DNA of 64,000 nt from IMG/VR virus record IMGVR_UViG_2872351278_000001, positions 43,115 to 107,114 of that record; one strand, written 5' to 3'. Below, piece by piece: positions 59,956 to 64,000 of this stretch. Each line of letters opens with the position of its first letter. Position 1 is the stretch's first letter. The notes beneath the pieces were generated by a model. That model was not told where the DNA came from. It searched no databases and was given only the letters and a program-made list of their open reading frames with translations. Both the position numbers and the translations under genes were made by a program. The stretch comes from a virus.

Positions 59956-60801
59956 TTACATCTTTCCACTATCATGTTTATGTTTCTTAAATAATGAATC
60001 ATATGGATTGGTGTGTAAATCAATACTAGCATCTAAGTTATTTATCTTTGCCTCTGCACAACCTTGACTTCTAAGCATAAATGAAAATATATTCCCGTGT
60101 TGCTTATTTATAATTGAAAAATCATATAATAATCTATAATAAGTATATTTTTTTAATTCTTCATTTGATATTCCAGAATTACATGATACCACTGAACATA
60201 TAGATGATAAATTAGAACCATCTCCACTCATTTCACTTTTAATTGCCTGTTGGATTAGTTTATTACCTATTTTAGTAGGTGAAGTAGGCATTACAAAAAG
60301 TATATTTTGCCACATAACAACATCTCTCAATTCATTAAAATTATCTTTATTTATACAAATAGAATGTTGCTCATCTGTAAAATAATCTTCAGAAAATAAT
60401 ATTTTTTTCTTTAATATTATAGATAATAGCTCTTCAAACTCTTTTATTGAATAACACAATAATTCTCCTGATTCATATTGATTTATTAAAAGTTTTATAT
60501 TGTTGAGTTGTTCAATTTCTTCTTGACTATCAGGAATATGTTTACTTAATTTATATAATTCTTTTAATTTATTATCAAATTGTTTTGCTGACTCTATATA
60601 ATATATAAACAAATCAGTTTCTTGTGGGATTTTATATAAATCAAACATCATTTTGTTATCAGGCACTATATATTTAATAACTAACATTTTAAATCTTTCG
60701 TATTCAAATATATTTACTGGATATATATTTCCTATATCTTTATGAAAATAAGGTAACATAAAATAATCGTCTAATTCATTCCTATTTACTTCCATAACCA
60801 T
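59956..60801 (-). CDS. conserved structural-module protein
   Basis: IYPV, NF.ELR..V..QN, YTYY motifs; position. Confidence 0.55.
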   Translation of the reverse strand: MVMEVNRNELDDYFMLPYFHKDIGNIYPVNIFEYERFKMLVIKYIVPDNKMMFDLYKIPQETDLFIYYIESAKQFDNKLKELYKLSKHIPDSQEEIEQLNNIKLLINQYESGELLCYSIKEFEELLSIILKKKILFSEDYFTDEQHSICINKDNFNELRDVVMWQNILFVMPTSPTKIGNKLIQQAIKSEMSGDGSNLSSICSVVSCNSGISNEELKKYTYYRLLYDFSIINKQHGNIFSFMLRSQGCAEAKINNLDASIDLHTNPYDSLFKKHKHDSGKM

Positions 60802-61438
60802 TCCCTCTAGCATTTATTAATTTTGTTCTTACAATAACACTATATATAGTTATTTCATTGGTTTTATTGATTCTTTGTTCAATAGTTCTTCCAACCACAT
60901 CAAACTTAATATTTCCTAATATTTCACTAGATTCTTTATCAGTTTCTACATTATCAAACAAATAGGCTAATCTTTTCAATATTTCATGCAATCTATTAAC
61001 CCCATAAGGCTTCAATTCCTGATACTTACTAGGAACTAATACATCTATAACAAAGTCGTTAGCCCCTATTTGACTATCTAAATCATTTCTAAAATTATGA
61101 ACAAATAAAGATACTTGCTCTGTTAATATTTTATCTTCTTGAAAACAATAAGGAACTAATATCTGTGGAATTGTAATTTCTTTATATTCTTTGTCATTTT
61201 TATCAGTCGTTTTGCTAACACATATTTTTTGTTCATCTAACATGGAAGTAGTTATATCTCTTTGATATATAACATTGCCATCCATATCTGTACTCTTACT
61301 AGCTAACGGCTGATAAGTTAAATACGTACACAGCTTCTTTAACTCTGGATCATTGTCCATTTCAGAAACTAATAAACTTATAATATCATCAATCTTTTGA
61401 AATTTTGTTGAAACAGTATCATATCTTATTAACCCCAT
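60782..61438 (-). CDS. putative tail terminator/completion protein
   Basis: Position; IDVLVP..R...I...L..LFD. Confidence 0.5.
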   Translation of the reverse strand: MGLIRYDTVSTKFQKIDDIISLLVSEMDNDPELKKLCTYLTYQPLASKSTDMDGNVIYQRDITTSMLDEQKICVSKTTDKNDKEYKEITIPQILVPYCFQEDKILTEQVSLFVHNFRNDLDSQIGANDFVIDVLVPSKYQELKPYGVNRLHEILKRLAYLFDNVETDKESSEILGNIKFDVVGRTIEQRINKTNEITIYSVIVRTKLINARGNGYGSK

Positions 61439-61450
61439 GCAAATCACCTC

Positions 61451-62407
61451 CTACTTTATTCCATATGATACATAAGAACATAATGTTTCATTAGTATTTG
61501 TATCACTTGCTATTAGTTGAATCATTTCTTCTTTAGATGTAACTTTTAATGTACATTTATTATTATCTTGACTAACCATTTCTGCTAAATTACCATCAAT
61601 AGTATCCTCATCTAAACTCCATATTATTTCTTTATTTTGTTTATTGTTGATAGTATAAGTTGATTCTGTATTGTATTTTACATATTCTTCACCAGTAATA
61701 ATATAAACTTCATCATTAGGACTAGAAGTTCCATCTAGTCTAGGATTAAAAGCATAATTATTTTCTAAATCATCTTCTTGTACATATTTCACAGATTTAA
61801 ATGTTAACTGCCAACAATTGTCTATAAATACACTAGATTTTTTTGTAATTTCAATGATGTCGTCCTTTGTTCCATTAAAACAAAATCTCATACCATTAAA
61901 AACACTATCAGTATATTTATTCTTTTGACAAGTTATAATACCTCTTGAATCAAAATCACTTATATATTCATTATTATGTAATTCACCTTTAGAACCATAA
62001 CTTGAATTTTCTATCACACAAGGAATTTCAATATTGCCCCATGTTTTTGCTTTTAAATTATTGTTACAATATGTAAGTTTTCCTGTATTAAAAAACAAAT
62101 TGTCTTTATCTATTCTAGGTAATATTATATAATTATCATCTAAATATTTAATATAGTCTCCTCTTTTAATGGAGAATTTTTTATCAAACATTATTAATCG
62201 TTCTTCTAAAGTATTTTTATGTTCTATCCCATGATTTCTTACGATAATAAAATATGGAACTCTTTCATTATCTATAAGTTCATATTCATTATTATTAACT
62301 AATACATTTGTACCTTCTTGTTTTAATTGTTGTTTAAAATGAAAATTTCCACTATAAGTTCGCATATCAATATAATTATATTTTTTATAATTACTATAAT
62401 CTTTCAT
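61451..62407 (-). CDS. putative head-closure protein with C-terminal Ig-like domain
   Basis: IKRGDYI..CNN.L..IPCVI; C-terminal ITG...YTI..WSL. Confidence 0.55.
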   Translation of the reverse strand: MKDYSNYKKYNYIDMRTYSGNFHFKQQLKQEGTNVLVNNNEYELIDNERVPYFIIVRNHGIEHKNTLEERLIMFDKKFSIKRGDYIKYLDDNYIILPRIDKDNLFFNTGKLTYCNNNLKAKTWGNIEIPCVIENSSYGSKGELHNNEYISDFDSRGIITCQKNKYTDSVFNGMRFCFNGTKDDIIEITKKSSVFIDNCWQLTFKSVKYVQEDDLENNYAFNPRLDGTSSPNDEVYIITGEEYVKYNTESTYTINNKQNKEIIWSLDEDTIDGNLAEMVSQDNNKCTLKVTSKEEMIQLIASDTNTNETLCSYVSYGIK

Positions 62408-62814
62408 TAATTAAAATCGTAATCACTCATATATGATAATATTTCGGATATCTCATGTTTTACTTCTCTTATAGTTTCATTCCTACCCGATATTTGATCT
62501 TTATAAAATTTACTTCTAATTTCTTTGATGTCATATTGATAAACTGCTTGGAAATATTCTAATTCATTTTGTAGTATATTTTGTTTAATTAATAATGCAA
62601 TTAATTTTAATCTATAGTCATCTACTTTACAGTTTAAAGATTCAGTTGAATCGTCTGTAGTTAGCTTTTTTTCATAGTCACTTGTTTTGATATTATAATT
62701 TCTCACACCATTATGTATTTCCCTATATATATCTTCTTCATCAGAAGGTAATAAATCTTTTGATACTCCTATTATATCTAACAAGCAAGACCATATATCA
62801 TCATAATTTGTCAT
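62407..62814 (-). CDS. putative head-tail adaptor
   Basis: MT.YDDI N-terminus; position after the capsid gene. Confidence 0.5.
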   Translation of the reverse strand: MTNYDDIWSCLLDIIGVSKDLLPSDEEDIYREIHNGVRNYNIKTSDYEKKLTTDDSTESLNCKVDDYRLKLIALLIKQNILQNELEYFQAVYQYDIKEIRSKFYKDQISGRNETIREVKHEISEILSYMSDYDFN

Positions 62815-62837
62815 TATAATATCACCATGCTTTCTTT

Positions 62838-63371
62838 TTATTTTTCTTCATCAAATATAAAACCACAGTTTTCAACGTCAGTACCATACCAATCACAAAT
62901 TACTTTTCTTTTTGCATTTGAATCTACTCCGATATCTATTGCTGTTCTATATATATAGTTTTTTATCTCTTTAATTTGTTCTTCATCTTCTACATCTTTT
63001 GTTAAATCATTTAAAGCTTTTTTTAATACGTTTTGATTCCCAGTTGTTAACATTTGCTCTATTTCAGTCTTTGTTTTTATAGCTTTTTTTATTTCACTTT
63101 GTTCGTCTTTTACAGAATCTATTAGATATTGTGAATCTCCATCTAATTCTTGCTCAATATTATCATCTACTATTAAACATCCATCTTTAAATGTTGTTGT
63201 TGAATCTTTTAACCATTGAAACACTTCTACAGGAACATCTCTTTTACTAACTATATTTCCTTTTGTTCCAGTCCAATCAAAGTGTGTTAGTTGTCCATTT
63301 GGTAACGATAAAGGGTAGTTAACTTCAAAAGGTGTTGGTTGTTTTCTAACTAATGTTATTTTATTCTCCAT
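62838..63371 (-). CDS. hypothetical virion-module protein
   Basis: 177-aa ORF downstream of the capsid gene. Confidence 0.6.
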   Translation of the reverse strand: MENKITLVRKQPTPFEVNYPLSLPNGQLTHFDWTGTKGNIVSKRDVPVEVFQWLKDSTTTFKDGCLIVDDNIEQELDGDSQYLIDSVKDEQSEIKKAIKTKTEIEQMLTTGNQNVLKKALNDLTKDVEDEEQIKEIKNYIYRTAIDIGVDSNAKRKVICDWYGTDVENCGFIFDEEK

Positions 63372-63410
63372 TATTCATATCTCTCCTATATAATTATAAT
63401 ATTTTATTTA

Positions 63411-63436
63411 AATCCTCCTAATTTAATAGGAGGATT
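63411..63436 (-). terminator. stem-loop after the capsid gene
   Basis: AATCCTCCTA-atttaa-TAGGAGGATT. Confidence 0.6.
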
Positions 63437-63443
63437 ATTAAAT

Positions 63444-64000
63444 TTAAAGAACTACTGAAGTATCTTTTATGTAACCTATTGCTCTATTTAATAATAAAGT
63501 AATGTCTACAGTATAAGAAATTTTCATATGAGCATCTTCAGTTTCAATATGTTCTTGAACAGTATCAGATAATACAGCCATTGTTCCAAATTCAGTAACT
63601 TTAAATGGAGAAGCACTTCCACCTGCTACCATTATAGCTTCGTTTACTGGTAAATCAACTTTTGAATTCATCTTATCAGTATAAGGATTATCTATAGAAA
63701 TAGCCAATGTTTTTGAAATTTGTTCTATAGTTGCGTCTCTTAGTAATGAATTTTTTAAATCATCAGTTAAGTATAATGGTGTTGTTGACCCTGCCACTAA
63801 TTCAGTAGCTTGTTTTTCTGCTAAAGAATTGATAAATAACGTATCAGAAACCATTACAGGTTTAACATTTCTACCATATCTTAATAATGAAGATTCAATT
63901 GATTTAAACTTACTAAATGCTAAGGAAGCTCCTTCTGATTTTTGTCTTGAAGGAATCTTAGAGTTAGCTGAGGCTTCTCTAGTTAAAACATAGATTTGAG
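63444..64000 (-). CDS. probable major capsid protein, C-terminal part (truncated by window end)
   Basis: Frame appears open to the window edge; followed by a terminator and head-tail genes. Confidence 0.55.
   Translation of the reverse strand, partial: QIYVLTREASANSKIPSRQKSEGASLAFSKFKSIESSLLRYGRNVKPVMVSDTLFINSLAEKQATELVAGSTTPLYLTDDLKNSLLRDATIEQISKTLAISIDNPYTDKMNSKVDLPVNEAIMVAGGSASPFKVTEFGTMAVLSDTVQEHIETEDAHMKISYTVDITLLLNRAIGYIKDTSVVL

Noticed and set aside
2056..59990. Many ORF-track entries antisense to long genes (e.g. 44025-44678, 56624-57142, 19139-19522)
   Set aside because: Shadow ORFs of AT-rich coding strands; no RBS or recognisable motifs
1..64000. CRISPR array, tRNA or rRNA genes
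   Set aside because: No regularly spaced repeats, cloverleaf or rRNA-like GC-rich stretches seen; the repeated motifs are dispersed

Overview
A very AT-rich segment of a large temperate siphophage or phage-plasmid, organised like SPbeta/c-st/phiCD211. The host is probably a Clostridium, inferred from base composition, sigma-A promoters and cell-wall-binding repeats. Bases 1-37.5 kb (+ strand) carry the early, replication and nucleotide-metabolism arm: partial NadE, orphan Panacea antitoxin, SSB-like protein, Sak4-like ATPase, DnaB, DnaG, RecJ, DnaE, a solo TnpB, type II topoisomerase B/A, NrdD split by an ORF-less group I intron at its catalytic Cys codon, dCMP deaminase, dUTPase, a DNA methyltransferase, LigA, LemA, a ThyX-like protein and many small ORFs. 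Bases 37.7-64 kb (- strand) carry the late arm: capsid C-terminus, head-tail and tail genes, tape measure, Dit, Tal, an accessory island, receptor-binding protein, a dual-catalytic endolysin, holins, a RusA-like protein and a tyrosine recombinase. The island holds a secreted cell-wall-binding protein, a RelE-type TA pair, an HTH/antirepressor pair with a putative antisense RNA, and an unannotated type I TA-like locus. Four non-coding signals stand out. (1) At least 11 exact intergenic copies of a TAAAA-N6-TTTTA palindrome with all-different 6-bp cores; two share identical 12-bp arms, one lies beside the recombinase and two bracket tnpB (one of these a single-mismatch copy). This is a candidate gene-cassette recombination or protein-binding system. 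(2) A non-overlapping, repeat-based type I toxin/antitoxin RNA pair. (3) A conserved 20-bp element in front of seven promoters. (4) The nrdD group I intron. All protein calls come from motif recognition by eye; no database search was run.
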